Source: Armatimonadota bacterium | GTDB lineage: Bacteria > Armatimonadota > SYMT01 | NCBI GenBank assembly: GCA_041690135.1 | Contig: JAWLHY010000001.1 | Coordinates: forward strand, 1,152,001-1,216,000 | Direction of reading: 5' to 3' | Length of the DNA stretch: 64,000 nt | Shown: one piece after another, positions 21,392 to 32,786 of the stretch | How positions within the stretch are numbered: position 1 is the first letter of the stretch | Layout: each line of letters begins with the position of its first letter | Made by a program: the position numbers and the translations under genes | Notes under the pieces: generated by a model | What the model was told of the DNA's origin: nothing | The model's input: only the letters and a program-made list of their open reading frames with translations | The model's database searches: none

Positions 21392-23059
21392 TTAGCTCAA
21401 GCCCAGGATGCGGCCGTCGGGGCCCAGGTCCATGTCTTCGGAGGCGGGGCGGCGCGGGAGGCCGGGCATGGTGAGCAGTGTGCCGGAGTAGGCCACCACG
21501 AAGCCGGCGCCGGCCGAGAGTTTTACGTCGCGGATCGTGAGGGTGTGGCCTTCCGGCGCTCCGCGGAGCGAAGGGGTATCGGAGAAAGAATATTGGGTCT
21601 TGGCGATGCAGACCGGGAGATGTCCGTAACCCCGTTCCTGGAGATACGCCAGGCGCGCCACCGCCGCGGGCTGGAACACGGCCCGTTCGGCGCGGTAGAT
21701 CTCGCGGGCGATGGTCTCGATCTTCTCCCGCAGAGGAGCTTCGTCCGGGTAGAGCGTGCGGAAGTCTGCCGGCTCCTCAAGGGTTTTGAGGACGAGACGC
21801 GCCAGCTCTTCGGCGCCCTGGCCGCCCTGTCCCCACACGTCCGCGAAGGCGACAGGCAGGCCGTGTTCCACGCAGAGGCGGCGCAGCGCGTCCGTCTCCG
21901 CCGGCGTGTCAGCGGTGAAGTGGTTGATCGCCACCACCACGGGCAGACCGAACTTGCGCAGGTTCTCCGCATGGCGCAGCAAGTTGCAGAACCCGGCGCG
22001 CACGGCTCCGACATTCTCCACGCCCAGGTCGGCGAGCGCCACGCCTCCGTGCATCTTCAGGGCACGGACCGTCGCCACCAGGACAGCGGCGTCCGGTGCC
22101 AGGCCGGCCTGACGCATCTTGATGTTCAGGAACTTCTCCGCACCGAGGTCGGCTCCGAATCCGGCCTCGGTCACGCAGATTTCGCCCAACTTGAGCGCCA
22201 TGCGGGTGGCGAGCACCGAGTTGCAGCCGTGCGCGATGTTGGCGAACGGCCCGCCGTGAACGATGACGGGGGTGCCTTCCAGCGTTTGCACCAGGTTCGG
22301 CTTGAGGGCGTCCCGGAGGAGCACCGTCATGGCGCCGACCACGTTCAGTTGGCCAGCGGTGACCGGCTCATTGTTGCGGTCCGTCCCGATGACGATGCGC
22401 GCCAGGCGGGCATGGAGGTCTTCCACCGACTGGGCCAGACAGAGAACCGCCATCACTTCGGAAGCCGCGGTAATCTCGAATCCGGTCTCCCGCGGCACCC
22501 CTTCCGTTCGGCCGCCCAACCCGGTCACGAGGTCGCGGAGGGCGCGGTCATTGATATCGAGGCACCGCTTCCAGGTGAGGGTCCGGGAATCGAGGTTGAG
22601 ACCGCCTCCCCAGTGCAACTGGTTATCGATAACGGCGGCGAGGAGGTTGTTGGCCGAGGTAATGGCGTGGAGGTCGCCGTTGAAATGGAGATTGATGTCC
22701 TCCATCGGCAGCAGTTGCGCGCGCCCTCCTCCCGTGGCGCCGCCTTTCATGCCGAACACCGGACCCAGTGAGGGCTCCCGCAGGGCCGCAACGCAGCGGG
22801 CCCCCACTCGCCACATCCCCTGGGCCAGCCCGATGGTCATCGTGGTCTTCCCCTCCCCCGCGGGCGTGGGGGTAATCGCGGAGACGAGTACCAGCTTACC
22901 GTTCGGCCGGCTCTCCAGGCGTTCGAGCGTGGAGAGACAGATCTTGGCCTTATGGCGGCCGTAATACTCGATCTCATCCTGGTGGAGGCCGACGTCGACC
23001 GCTATATCCGAGATCGGTCGGGGAGTTACACTCTGCGCTATTTCGAGACTGCTGGGCAT
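21392..23059 (-). CDS. fhs: Formate--tetrahydrofolate ligase
   Basis: TPTPAGEGKTT, GMKGGATGGG, HGGPFANIAHGCNS, TEAGFGADLGAEKF, AKTQYSFSD, TMPGLP. Confidence 0.97.
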   Translation of the reverse strand: MPSSLEIAQSVTPRPISDIAVDVGLHQDEIEYYGRHKAKICLSTLERLESRPNGKLVLVSAITPTPAGEGKTTMTIGLAQGMWRVGARCVAALREPSLGPVFGMKGGATGGGRAQLLPMEDINLHFNGDLHAITSANNLLAAVIDNQLHWGGGLNLDSRTLTWKRCLDINDRALRDLVTGLGGRTEGVPRETGFEITAASEVMAVLCLAQSVEDLHARLARIVIGTDRNNEPVTAGQLNVVGAMTVLLRDALKPNLVQTLEGTPVIVHGGPFANIAHGCNSVLATRMALKLGEICVTEAGFGADLGAEKFLNIKMRQAGLAPDAAVLVATVRALKMHGGVALADLGVENVGAVRAGFCNLLRHAENLRKFGLPVVVAINHFTADTPAETDALRRLCVEHGLPVAFADVWGQGGQGAEELARLVLKTLEEPADFRTLYPDEAPLREKIETIAREIYRAERAVFQPAAVARLAYLQERGYGHLPVCIAKTQYSFSDTPSLRGAPEGHTLTIRDVKLSAGAGFVVAYSGTLLTMPGLPRRPASEDMDLGPDGRILGLS

Positions 23060-23468
23060 GGGGTATGGATTCCGACTACAACCATGAGGATCTGGACTGC
23101 CGTAGAGAACTGCCGCGCGCGAACTCTCCGTGCCGTGTCACCCGAACGCGGGCGTCGCGCGCGCGAGCCGGAGGGTGCACTGCGGCAAGTCCGCATATCG
23201 TCCAAGCAATCTTGTTCTGCCGATGGCCGTTATCCTGCCGGAGAGATCGTCGGCCTCGGTTCAAGCCTTGGGGTAGGTCTGTTTTCAAACCGTGGTGCTG
23301 TGGTAAGTACGAACGTAGGCGCATTCGAGGTTCCGTTCGCGAGCGGATAGGTGACAGATGCCCCGCGGATCGGTCACAATGACTCAACAGGGAACCCCCT
23401 ACGGGCCTGCAGACTCGTATTAGTAAGTGCCGGGATCTTTTGCGCGCTCCCAAGTGGTGGTTTGCCGG

Positions 23469-24137
23469 ATGATGCGACGTTTGTTCTCCCTCGTTCAGGA
23501 GCCTTGCTCCGAACCGTGCCTTTCTCGCCGCACGCTGTGCGGCCGGGGAATTGCCGTGGTTCTTGGAGTATGTGGAGCCGGCGCGGCCAGGCCTTCCGCC
23601 GCTCAGCGCGATGGAGAACGCCCTCGCCGTGACGGGGGCCGCCCGGGGCCTTTGCCTGCCAGACTGGCTCGTGAATATGCGGTCAAAGCCAACTACCTGG
23701 CCAATTTCGCGCGTTTCGTTGACTGGCCGGAAGAAGTTTTTCCCAGGAACGATTCACCGATCGTCATCGGGGTCTACGGTACTCCGCAGTTCGTGGACTT
23801 CCTCGGTGAGCGAGTGCAGCGGCGGATGGTCAACGGACGATCCATCCTGTTGCGTCACATCCGGAAGGTCGACGACACCAAGGATTGTCACATCCTCTTT
23901 TTCAACGGCCGTGCCTGGCCTCATACCCGGCGCGTTGTCGACCACCTGAAGGAAGCGCCGGTCCTCACCGTGGGCGAGACTCCCGGCTTCACCCAGCAGG
24001 GCGGCATCGTGAACTTTGTCACCGGCGACGATAAGATCTGCCTGGAAGTGAACCAGGACGCCGCAAAGCGGGCCGGTCTCGCCATCAGCCCCAAGATGCT
24101 GGCCTACTGCACCCTCATCCGAGAAGACGAAAAGTAG
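23469..24137 (+). CDS. YfiR/HmsC family periplasmic protein
   Basis: [19 protein letters not shown]...CHILF...PVLTVGE...GGIVNF...[18 protein letters not shown]; twin-Arg-like signal. Confidence 0.85.
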   Translation: MMRRLFSLVQEPCSEPCLSRRTLCGRGIAVVLGVCGAGAARPSAAQRDGERPRRDGGRPGPLPARLAREYAVKANYLANFARFVDWPEEVFPRNDSPIVIGVYGTPQFVDFLGERVQRRMVNGRSILLRHIRKVDDTKDCHILFFNGRAWPHTRRVVDHLKEAPVLTVGETPGFTQQGGIVNFVTGDDKICLEVNQDAAKRAGLAISPKMLAYCTLIREDEK

Positions 24138-24138
24138 C

Positions 24139-27009
24139 ATGCTTACGGGATCCGCCTTCCGCAAGCTCACGATCCGGCGGAAGCTGATCCTCATCACGAT
24201 GCTGATCAGCACGCTGGTGCTGACGTTCGCCTCGGTCGGAGTCGGTCTTTACGATCTTGCCGATTTCCGTCGCATGATGGCTTACGACCTGGATTCGCTC
24301 GCCGGCGTCGTGGCGGCGAACAGCTCCGTGGCCGTCACTTTTCAGGACGAAGCTTTCGCGAAGGAGGTGCTCGGTTCTCTCCAGGCGCGACCTCACGTTC
24401 TTTCGGCAGCCCTCTACACTCATGATGGCCGCCTTCTGGCTACCTACACCCGTCCCGGCGGCGGTACTCCGCCCGTTCCTCGACAGCCCGGTAACCTGGG
24501 GGTGCGGTTTGTCGAGGGGGATCCGGTCGTCTTCACTCCGGTGGTGCAAAAAGGGGAAACGGTCGGGACCATTTACATCCGGTCGGACCTGCAGCCCTAT
24601 CGCGCCCGCCTCCGGCGTTACACGATTGTGGTCAGTGGCTTTTTGCTGCTGGCGGCGGCTCTTGCCTACCTCCTCGCCTCCCGGTTGCTGCGTGTGGTGT
24701 CGGACCCGATCCTGCATCTCGCGCGAGCCATGCGGCGCGTCTCCACCGAGTCGAATTACAAGATCCGGGCCCACAAGTTTTACGACGATGAGCTCGGCAC
24801 GCTGATCGACGGCTTCAACGGGATGGTCGCCGGAATCCAGGAACGCGACGCGCAACTGCACCAGGCCAATGAGACGCTGGAGCAACGCGTCCGGGAGCGG
24901 ACCCAGGAATTGGAGCAAGAGATTGCGGAGCGCCGGCGGGCCGAGATAGAACTGCAGGCCGCGAATGAAGCGGCCGTAGCCGCCACCCAGGCGAAGAGCG
25001 AATTCCTGGCGACGATGAGCCACGAGATCCGTACGCCGATGAACGCCGTCATCGGCATGACGGGGCTGCTGCTGGACACCCGTCTTTCCCGGGAACAGCA
25101 GGAATTCGTGCGCATCATTCGGGATAGCGGTGATAATCTCCTGGCGATCATCAACGATATCCTCGACTTTTCCAAGATCGAGGCGGGCCAGCTCGACCTG
25201 GAGCGTCAGCCGTTCGAACTGCGCGAGTGCGTCGAATCGTCGTTGGATCTGCTGACTTCCCGCGCGGCCGAGAAGGGGCTCGACCTGGGCTACCTGATCG
25301 ATCCCCGGGTCCCGCGGACCATTCTGGGCGACGTGACCCGGCTGCGCGAGATCCTGGTCAACCTCATCAGCAATGCCGTCAAGTTCACCGACCGCGGCGA
25401 GGTGGTGATTTCGGTAACCTGCTGCACGATGGCGGCCCGAAAGCGGGAGCTGCATTTCGCGGTGCGCGATACCGGGATCGGGATCCCTCCGGACCGGATG
25501 GACCGCCTCTTCCAATCGTTCAGCCAGATCGATGCCTCCACTACCCGCCGCTACGGCGGCACCGGCCTGGGCCTCGCCATCAGCCGCCGGCTGGCCGAAA
25601 TGATGGGCGGCACGATGTGGGTGGAGAGTGAGGTAGGCAAGGGCTCCACCTTCCACTTCACCATCGAAACGGAAGAAGCCCCGCACGAAAGCGCGCTTGA
25701 TCTCCAGGCGGAACAACCCCATTTGTCGGGGCGCTCCATGCTGATCGTGGACGATAACGCCACGAACCGCAAGATCCTCTCGATGCAGGCCGAGTCGTGG
25801 GGAATGGTTCCCCGGACCACCGCGTCTCCGGAAGAGGCGCTGCGGTGGGTGCAGGATGCCGAGGCGTTCGACATTGCGGTCCTCGACATCCACATGCCGG
25901 TGATGGACGGGGTCATGTTGGCTAACGAGATCCGGCACTACCGCTCTCCGGAGCAATTGCCGCTGGTGGCCCTGAGCTCCCTGGGCCGCCGGGAACTGGA
26001 GACGCCGTCGACGCCGTTCCAGGCGTTCCTGACCAAGCCGATCAAGCAGTCGTCGCTCTACAACGTCCTCGTGGGCGTGCTTACGGGCGAACCGGTTCCA
26101 GACCAGGCGCTCGAGACAGTCCCGCAGTTCGATCCCACGCTCGGACAGCGGTTCCCGCTGCGGATTCTGCTGGCCGAAGACATGGCGGTGAACCAGAAGC
26201 TGATGACGACGATGCTGGGCCGCATGGGCTACCGGGCCGACGTGGCGGCTAACGGGCTGGAGGTGCTGGATGCCCTGCGACGCCAGCGTTATGACGTCGT
26301 CTTGATGGACGTGCAGATGCCGGAGATGGACGGCCTGGAAGCCTCGCGGTGCATCCACCGGGAGTGGTCCGGGGTCGAACGCCCGCGGATCGTGGCCCTG
26401 ACCGCCAACGCCTTGAAGGAGGACCGTGCTGCCTGTGTGGCGGCGGGAATGGACGAGTACCTGAGCAAGCCTGTGCAAGTGGATGATCTGCAAGAGGCAC
26501 TCCGCCGCTGCGGGGAATGGGTGGCGGAGCAGCGACCCCGGCCGGAGGTGGACGGGACGGGAGAAAACCCGGAGCTTGAAGAGGAGTCTTCCAGCCCCAC
26601 CGGGTTCCCAACTGAGGACCCGGTGCTTCGGCTCGCGGAAGCGCCGGATCATGCAGTGGATGACCTCATCGACGCCGGGACGCTGGCGAGCCTGCGGCAG
26701 ATGCGGGACGCCGGCTCTCCGGACATGATCGGTGAACTGCTCGCGCTGTTCCGTGCCGACGCGGAGCCGCTTCTGGTGAAGATGCGAGACGCGGTAGAAG
26801 ATGGGGACGCCGAGGCCCTGCGGCACGCGGCGCACGGGCTAAAGGGGGCTGCCGCCAATCTCGGGGCGCGATGCCTGGCGGATCTTTGCTACCGACTGGA
26901 GAAGATCGGGCGCGAGGGAACTACTGCCGGCGCCGGTGAACTGGTACCAGAAGTAGAGCCGCTCTATCGCCGGGTCTGCGCGGCCCTGGAGCAGGAAAGC
27001 AAATCATGA
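24139..27009 (+). CDS. Hybrid sensor histidine kinase (periplasmic sensor-HAMP-HisKA-HATPase-REC-REC-HPt)
   Basis: [15 protein letters not shown] box, NAVKFT, GTGLGL, two receiver domains (VDDN, AEDM), AAHGLKGAA HPt. Confidence 0.93.
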   Translation: MLTGSAFRKLTIRRKLILITMLISTLVLTFASVGVGLYDLADFRRMMAYDLDSLAGVVAANSSVAVTFQDEAFAKEVLGSLQARPHVLSAALYTHDGRLLATYTRPGGGTPPVPRQPGNLGVRFVEGDPVVFTPVVQKGETVGTIYIRSDLQPYRARLRRYTIVVSGFLLLAAALAYLLASRLLRVVSDPILHLARAMRRVSTESNYKIRAHKFYDDELGTLIDGFNGMVAGIQERDAQLHQANETLEQRVRERTQELEQEIAERRRAEIELQAANEAAVAATQAKSEFLATMSHEIRTPMNAVIGMTGLLLDTRLSREQQEFVRIIRDSGDNLLAIINDILDFSKIEAGQLDLERQPFELRECVESSLDLLTSRAAEKGLDLGYLIDPRVPRTILGDVTRLREILVNLISNAVKFTDRGEVVISVTCCTMAARKRELHFAVRDTGIGIPPDRMDRLFQSFSQIDASTTRRYGGTGLGLAISRRLAEMMGGTMWVESEVGKGSTFHFTIETEEAPHESALDLQAEQPHLSGRSMLIVDDNATNRKILSMQAESWGMVPRTTASPEEALRWVQDAEAFDIAVLDIHMPVMDGVMLANEIRHYRSPEQLPLVALSSLGRRELETPSTPFQAFLTKPIKQSSLYNVLVGVLTGEPVPDQALETVPQFDPTLGQRFPLRILLAEDMAVNQKLMTTMLGRMGYRADVAANGLEVLDALRRQRYDVVLMDVQMPEMDGLEASRCIHREWSGVERPRIVALTANALKEDRAACVAAGMDEYLSKPVQVDDLQEALRRCGEWVAEQRPRPEVDGTGENPELEEESSSPTGFPTEDPVLRLAEAPDHAVDDLIDAGTLASLRQMRDAGSPDMIGELLALFRADAEPLLVKMRDAVEDGDAEALRHAAHGLKGAAANLGARCLADLCYRLEKIGREGTTAGAGELVPEVEPLYRRVCAALEQESKS

Positions 27010-28196
27010 TCGCTACGGAAGAACGGATTCCCAGCGAAACGGACCCCTCGGCGCCGCCCCAGGCCATGTCCGTGCTCGTGGTCGATGACATGAGCACGCT
27101 GCGCTTTATCCTCTCCCAGCACGTGCGGCAGTTGGGGCATCGCGCCTCGCAGGCGGCCAACGGTGTGGAAGCCCTGGATCTGCTGCGGTCCGAGGCGTTC
27201 GACCTGGTGCTGCTGGATGTGATGATGCCGGAGATGGACGGGCACGCCGTGTTGGCCGAGATGAAGGGAGACCTGGCGCTGCGGGAGATCCCCGTTATCG
27301 TCGTTTCCGGAGTGGACGATCTCGACAGCGTGGTCCGGTGCATCGAGGGCGGCGCGGAAGATTACCTCTACAAGCCGGTGAACCCCACGCTGCTGCGCGC
27401 GCGGGTCAACGCCTGCCTGAGACAGAAGCGGTGGCGCGACGAGGAACTGCGCCTCCAGGCCCAATTGCGGGAGAACTACGAGCGTCTCCAGGAGTTGGAG
27501 ACGCTCCGGGACAGCCTGACGCATATGGTGGTCCACGATCTCCGCACGCCGCTCACCTCGCTCTTGTCAGGGGTTTATACTCTGGAAACCCTCGGTGAAT
27601 TGAACGAGCACCAGCGTGAGTTCTGGCAGATGGCGGTAACCGGCGGCGAGACCCTCCTCGGCATGATCAACGACCTGCTCGACATCAACAAGATGGAGGA
27701 CGGGTCGATGCAACTCGGTTACAGCAACCCTACGCCGGAGGTGCTGGTGGAGCGAGCCCTGATGCAGGTCGGCGAGCTCGTCCGGGAGAAGGGCCTCACG
27801 GTGCGGCGGGAGATCGCGCCCCGCTTCCCCATCCTGACCGCCGATGAAGATAAGGTCCGTCGAGTCCTCGTGAACCTGCTGGGCAACGCGGTGAAATTCA
27901 CCCCGCATGGTGGTACCATCACCGTTTCCGCGCGGATGGACGGGGACGCGCGGGTGCTTTTCGCCGTAAGCGATACCGGAGAGGGCATACCGCAGGAAGC
28001 TTTTGGGAAGATCTTTGAGAAGTTCGGCCAGGTGGAAGACCGCAAAGCGGGCCGCAAGAGCTCCACGGGGCTTGGGCTGACCTTCTGCAAGATGGCGGTG
28101 GAGGCCCACGGCGGGCGCATCTGGGTGGAGAGCGAGCTCCACCAGGGCAGTACCTTCTATTTCACGCTGCCGGTCGCGCCGGGCCGTCTGGGTTAG
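27006..28196 (+). CDS. REC-HisKA-HATPase hybrid response regulator/kinase
   Basis: VVDD...LDVMMP receiver; HDLRTPL; NAVKFT; STGLGL; ATGA overlap with the upstream gene. Confidence 0.92.
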   Translation: MIATEERIPSETDPSAPPQAMSVLVVDDMSTLRFILSQHVRQLGHRASQAANGVEALDLLRSEAFDLVLLDVMMPEMDGHAVLAEMKGDLALREIPVIVVSGVDDLDSVVRCIEGGAEDYLYKPVNPTLLRARVNACLRQKRWRDEELRLQAQLRENYERLQELETLRDSLTHMVVHDLRTPLTSLLSGVYTLETLGELNEHQREFWQMAVTGGETLLGMINDLLDINKMEDGSMQLGYSNPTPEVLVERALMQVGELVREKGLTVRREIAPRFPILTADEDKVRRVLVNLLGNAVKFTPHGGTITVSARMDGDARVLFAVSDTGEGIPQEAFGKIFEKFGQVEDRKAGRKSSTGLGLTFCKMAVEAHGGRIWVESELHQGSTFYFTLPVAPGRLG

Positions 28197-29572
28197 GGCG
28201 GCGGGACGGCGACCGTGAACGCGTAGATGGGGCGCTGGTCCCGATCGCGCAGGCTGGGGATCGGGTTGGCGCCGTAGTGGGCGTGGACCGTGACCCCGCC
28301 GCCGGGTCCCCGTCCCAGGCGCAGGTCCACCCAGCCACGGTCATCGACTTCGATGGCGGTCAACTCGACCGAACCCATCGCATCCTCCACCCGGAAGTCC
28401 TCGATCGGTCCTACCTTCACCCACCCCGCCGCGGGAGGCTCGAAGTGCAGCCGCAGGGCCGGCGAGGGCTGCATGATCCACTCCGTCCGCACCAGGTGGA
28501 TTCCCGGCGGAAGGGCGCGCCCCGAAGTTGAGGCGAGGACGGCATCCGCGAACCGCTGCCCCAGCATTACGTTGGCCGCCGCGGAGAGGTGGATCTCGTC
28601 GCTCATGAGAAGATCCACCCCCGTGACCAGCGCCACCTGCGGAAGCTGGAGCGCCGCCTGCCGCTGCGCCTCCCGGATCGCGCTCCAGCTTCGGTGCTTT
28701 TGCTGGTCCTGTCCGGCATCCGTGTAGCGCCCGAGCTGTCCGGTGATGATGGGGAGCTGCGGCTCACCCAGGTCGCGGCGGACTCCGGCCACAAAACGGC
28801 CGAACCGCTCCAGGTAGTCTTTGCTGCCCTGGGGATTGGCGTCGCTCTCTCCCTGATACCAGGCGATGCCCCGGACCCGGCCGCCCGCCTTCCGCACCAT
28901 GTCGAGCATGTTGTTGTACAGGTCCGCGCCCGGGTCCCAGCGACGCAGCGGCGAGCCTCCCAGCGCGGTGGGAATGAGGCCGATGGGATAGCCCTGGTCG
29001 GCGAGCAGGCGCCGACCGAAGGAGATCCAGGGCGAATGGGCCTGGAAGACGCCGTGAACCGTGATGGGATGGAGCGTGTGGGTGGCGTCTTCCAACGGAT
29101 GGGTGGCCAGCTTCCACTGCTCATCGTTGCCGAAGAGGTGCACGCCGAGCGCCGGCGGGTCTTCCACGTAACCGGTGCCCGTTCCGGAAGCGTTACTTTG
29201 CCCCGCGATCACCCACAGGTCCCCCACCCCCAGGTGATGGATGTAGTCCCCACGCATCGGGCGGATGTCCGGGCACTTCGTTCGCCACACCCGAGTCTCG
29301 ACGCGGTAGAGCCCTCCGACCGGAATGCCCCTCAATTCAAGCCGCCAGCGCTGATCCGGCAGCAGTTCCGCCGCTCGCCAATCCGTGTCACGGCTGACCG
29401 GCCGGCCGTCATTCTCCCGGACCACTCGCGCTTCCACCCGGAACTCGGGAGCATTGGTCCGGTAGACCCCGGCCAGCCTCACGAAGGCTTTGCCTTCACG
29501 GTCTTGCTGGAGCACCTGCCAGTCGCGGGGGCCTTCCTGGATGCTGACACCCGGGAGAGGGGGTTCTATCAT
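28193..29572 (-). CDS. Sialate O-acetylesterase (SASA, SGNH hydrolase)
   Basis: GDLWVIAGQSNA, WYQGESD, DEIH motifs. Confidence 0.85.
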   Translation of the reverse strand: MIEPPLPGVSIQEGPRDWQVLQQDREGKAFVRLAGVYRTNAPEFRVEARVVRENDGRPVSRDTDWRAAELLPDQRWRLELRGIPVGGLYRVETRVWRTKCPDIRPMRGDYIHHLGVGDLWVIAGQSNASGTGTGYVEDPPALGVHLFGNDEQWKLATHPLEDATHTLHPITVHGVFQAHSPWISFGRRLLADQGYPIGLIPTALGGSPLRRWDPGADLYNNMLDMVRKAGGRVRGIAWYQGESDANPQGSKDYLERFGRFVAGVRRDLGEPQLPIITGQLGRYTDAGQDQQKHRSWSAIREAQRQAALQLPQVALVTGVDLLMSDEIHLSAAANVMLGQRFADAVLASTSGRALPPGIHLVRTEWIMQPSPALRLHFEPPAAGWVKVGPIEDFRVEDAMGSVELTAIEVDDRGWVDLRLGRGPGGGVTVHAHYGANPIPSLRDRDQRPIYAFTVAVPPP

Positions 29573-29587
29573 AGTCGAGTCCTGATC

Positions 29588-31384
29588 CTAGAGTTCACGG
29601 ACGTAGCGGAGGACGGCGGCCAGTTCTTCGGGGGAGAGCTTGTGGGCATTGCCGTGGGCGTTGCGCGCGTCGTACTTTTCGAAGACTTCCTCCAGCGTCG
29701 CCGCCCGCCCATCGTGGAGGTAGGGCGCACTGTCGTAAACTCCGGCCAGGTGCGGCACGTCCACGTTGCGACCCGTGCTGGTGGTCCCGACCCACCGCTG
29801 CAAACCAGAGCCCCCGTGCAAAGGTCCCACGTGGCAGTTGGAACAACCTGCCTTGCCGGTGAACAACGCACGGCCGCGCTCCGCCTGCGGAGTCAACTTC
29901 TGGTCCGGAGTCCGATGTGGGTTCGGAGGAAGGTGGAATTGGGACACTGCGCCGATCAGCGCCTCTACCTGTTGAGCACTGGGTCGCGGGCCGCCGAGCA
30001 GGCCGGTGACCTCCGACTCCACGAACTCGGAGAGGTGCTTTTCAAATCCGGACCACCGGAACGGCGCCGTCTTCCCGATTCCCCCGCGGAGGTCGCGGGT
30101 GTTGCGCCGCGACATGCCGTCCCGCACGTGTGCGAAGCTCCAGGTGAGGCCGTCCGCGGTTCCGTCGGGATGGCAGGAGTTGCAGGAGAACCGGTGCATG
30201 CGGGTCATGCCGGCATGATTGAAGAGGTATTGCCCTTCGATCGTGGGATCCACCCGCGACGCTTTCCCGAGGTCGATGGTCTTCAGCACCCGCATCGAGG
30301 CGGCGTCGAGCACGGAAAGGCTGTTGCCCAGGTGGTTGGCCACCCACACCTGCTTGCCGTCCGGTGTCATGCAGAGGCCACGGGGATTGGCGCCGACGGG
30401 GGTCTCGACCTGGGAAATGGGCCAGATGGCGTCCCGGGTCCGGTCGTGAATGGTGATCCGCGTAACGACGTCCCGCCCGGCCAGCGAGACCCAGGCTTTG
30501 CGTGCCTGGGCGTCGAGCACGATGTCGTGCTGATCGGGGCTGCCGATCACGTCAAGCTGACCCGGGATGCGGACGAAGTCCATCCACTGGTCTTCGCCGC
30601 GGGTGCTGCTGGTGCCCTGGAGCACCACGGCCTGCACCAGGTTGTGCCAGATCTCTTTCGGGTCATCCGTCACCTTGTTGTTGAAGGCCGGCATCACCGT
30701 GGTGTACGCCTCGGCGCTGTCGGCGGTGGCGGCGATCCCACGGACATTGACCCCTTTCAGGCGGACGCGGGCATCTTCGTTCAGGGTCTCGGTGTCGATG
30801 ACGGAAACGCTGCCGCCCACCAGGTTCGCGACGACCAGCGTCGTCCCGTCCGGGGAGAGGTCCAGGGCGCGGGGCCTCCTCCCCACCGGGATGCGCGAGG
30901 TGACCTTCGCCTGCGGGAGATCGATCACGGCTACTTCGTCGAGTTGGCTGACGGTGACGAAGGCGCGCTTGCCGTCCGGCATCACGGCGACCCCGTAAGG
31001 CATGCCCGGCAACGGGAGGATCGCTCGGGCCTCCCCACTCATGGCGTCCAGGTAGGCGATGCTCCCGGAAAAGCTGTTGGTCACCAGCAGGGACCGCCCA
31101 TCGGGGGTAAGGGAAAGGCCGGTCGGTTCCTTTCCGCCCGTCTTGAACCGGTCTATCACCGTATGGGAGGAGATGTCGATGACGGCAATCGTCCCCTCCG
31201 CCTTCTCGGTCACGTAGGCGCGGCGTCCATCCGGCGCGAAAACCAGGTCGTAGGGTGCCCGGTTCCCTCCGATGGCCGGACGTGCCGCCTGGGTCTCGTT
31301 GCGTCCGCTCGCCAGGCTGACCGGTCCGACCGTAGCCGCGAGCAGTCCGAGCACTCCCCACCGAACAGTTTGTTGTTGCGCCAC
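29588..31384 (-). CDS. YVTN/YncE beta-propeller fused to a diheme cytochrome c (CCP-like) domain
   Basis: Repeated PDG+..YV/V.N propeller blades; CNSCH and CSNCH heme motifs; APYLHDGRAATL; GTG start with signal peptide. Confidence 0.85.
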   Translation of the reverse strand: MAQQQTVRWGVLGLLAATVGPVSLASGRNETQAARPAIGGNRAPYDLVFAPDGRRAYVTEKAEGTIAVIDISSHTVIDRFKTGGKEPTGLSLTPDGRSLLVTNSFSGSIAYLDAMSGEARAILPLPGMPYGVAVMPDGKRAFVTVSQLDEVAVIDLPQAKVTSRIPVGRRPRALDLSPDGTTLVVANLVGGSVSVIDTETLNEDARVRLKGVNVRGIAATADSAEAYTTVMPAFNNKVTDDPKEIWHNLVQAVVLQGTSSTRGEDQWMDFVRIPGQLDVIGSPDQHDIVLDAQARKAWVSLAGRDVVTRITIHDRTRDAIWPISQVETPVGANPRGLCMTPDGKQVWVANHLGNSLSVLDAASMRVLKTIDLGKASRVDPTIEGQYLFNHAGMTRMHRFSCNSCHPDGTADGLTWSFAHVRDGMSRRNTRDLRGGIGKTAPFRWSGFEKHLSEFVESEVTGLLGGPRPSAQQVEALIGAVSQFHLPPNPHRTPDQKLTPQAERGRALFTGKAGCSNCHVGPLHGGSGLQRWVGTTSTGRNVDVPHLAGVYDSAPYLHDGRAATLEEVFEKYDARNAHGNAHKLSPEELAAVLRYVREL

Positions 31385-31388
31385 GTAC

Positions 31389-32786
31389 TTACTTGAACAG
31401 ATCGTTAACGGGGTCCGCGGCAATGGGGAACGGCCGGTTCCCAAGGTCGTAGACTTCCGTGTGCGGGTCGATTCCCAGGGCACGGTACATCGTACCCGCG
31501 ATGTTCTCCGGCTTAACAGGCCGATCCACGGGGTAGGCCCCGTCTGCATCGGAGGCGCCGTGCACGTAGCCGCGCTTCATCCCGCCCCCGGCCATCAGCA
31601 GGCTGTAGCAGTGGGGCCAGTGGTCGCGCCCGGCATCATTGTTGATCTTCGGCGTGCGTCCGAACTCCCCCATCCACACCACAAGCGTATCATCCAGCAT
31701 GCCGCGCTGTTCCAGATCCTTGATCAGGGCTGGGACTGCCTGGTCGGTGGTCGGCAGCAGGGTGTCCTTCAACTCGGGGAAGTTGTTCTTGTGGGTGTCC
31801 CAGATGAACCCGCCGCTCGGCCGGCAGTAGTAGACGGTCACCAGGCGGACGCCGATCTCCACCAGCCGCCGGGCCAGCAGGGTGCCCTGGCCGAAGGTGG
31901 TCCGGCCGTATTCGTCGCGCAGCTTTGCCGGCTCGCGGGAAAGGTCGAAGGCTTCCTTGAGGCGGGGTGACGAGAGCATGGCGAAAGCCCGCTCGTGATG
32001 CTCGGCGATCCCGCGGGCCGCGGGCGCTTTCTCCAGTCCTCCCATCTGACGGTCCAGAAGCTTGAGCAGCGAGCGGCGGTCCTGGAGGCGTTCCAGGGAG
32101 AGCCCCTGCGGAAGGCTCAGCTCCGGCAGCTTGAAATCGGGGCTGTTCGGGTCCTGGAGGATCAGGAGCGGGTCGTGGGATTTACCCAGGAAGCTCGCAT
32201 GCTGGCCCGGCACCACGCTTCCGTCCCGGATGATGGCGGGGTACGCGACAAACGACGGGATCTCCTTCGGCGCGGGCTTCAGGTAATCGACTACCGAGCC
32301 GTAGTGGGGAAACAGGTCCGGTGTATCGCGGAGGCGCTGGTCGTCCAGGGGCGGTGGATGTCCCGAAAGCGCGTAGTACCCGGGCGGGTTGTGGTTCAGG
32401 AACTTGTGCGTCATCGAACGCACCACCGTGAACCGGTCCATCACCTGCGCCATGCGGGGCAGGTGCTCGCACACGGGCACCTCCGGCAGCTTAGAGGGGA
32501 TCGGGCGGAACTGTCCCCGCGCGTGCTCGCTGCCCTCGGGCTTCATGTCGAACGTTTCCAGGTGGCTGGGGCCGCCCCACTGGAAGAGCAGGATGATCGA
32601 CTTGGCCGTGGCCGGCAACGATCCGGCGCCGGTACGGGCCAGGGCCTCGGAATGGAGCAGGTCGGGAAGCGAAAGGCCCACGGTGCCCAGGGTCCCCACG
32701 GTCAGCAGGTTGCGGCGCGACATCCGGTGGGCTTGCCGGAAGTTCGCGCAGGCAATATCGCGGTGAGTCGGACTGGACATGCTCAA
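31389..32786 (-). CDS. DUF1501 family protein
   Basis: SRRNLL, GGPSHLETFDMKP, WDTH, GEFGRTP, GRDHW. Confidence 0.9.
   Translation of the reverse strand: MSMSSPTHRDIACANFRQAHRMSRRNLLTVGTLGTVGLSLPDLLHSEALARTGAGSLPATAKSIILLFQWGGPSHLETFDMKPEGSEHARGQFRPIPSKLPEVPVCEHLPRMAQVMDRFTVVRSMTHKFLNHNPPGYYALSGHPPPLDDQRLRDTPDLFPHYGSVVDYLKPAPKEIPSFVAYPAIIRDGSVVPGQHASFLGKSHDPLLILQDPNSPDFKLPELSLPQGLSLERLQDRRSLLKLLDRQMGGLEKAPAARGIAEHHERAFAMLSSPRLKEAFDLSREPAKLRDEYGRTTFGQGTLLARRLVEIGVRLVTVYYCRPSGGFIWDTHKNNFPELKDTLLPTTDQAVPALIKDLEQRGMLDDTLVVWMGEFGRTPKINNDAGRDHWPHCYSLLMAGGGMKRGYVHGASDADGAYPVDRPVKPENIAGTMYRALGIDPHTEVYDLGNRPFPIAADPVNDLFK

Noticed and set aside
23060-23430. Possible ZTP or THF riboswitch upstream of fhs
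   Set aside because: I could not find the conserved cores of either riboswitch on the minus strand; an Rfam scan would be needed to exclude it fully.
28589-31396. 935-aa plus-strand ORF, and similar long ORFs at 7582-10194 (+) and 24115-26835 (-)
   Set aside because: These are antisense shadows of well-supported genes, a common artefact of GC-rich codon usage, and show no recognisable motifs.
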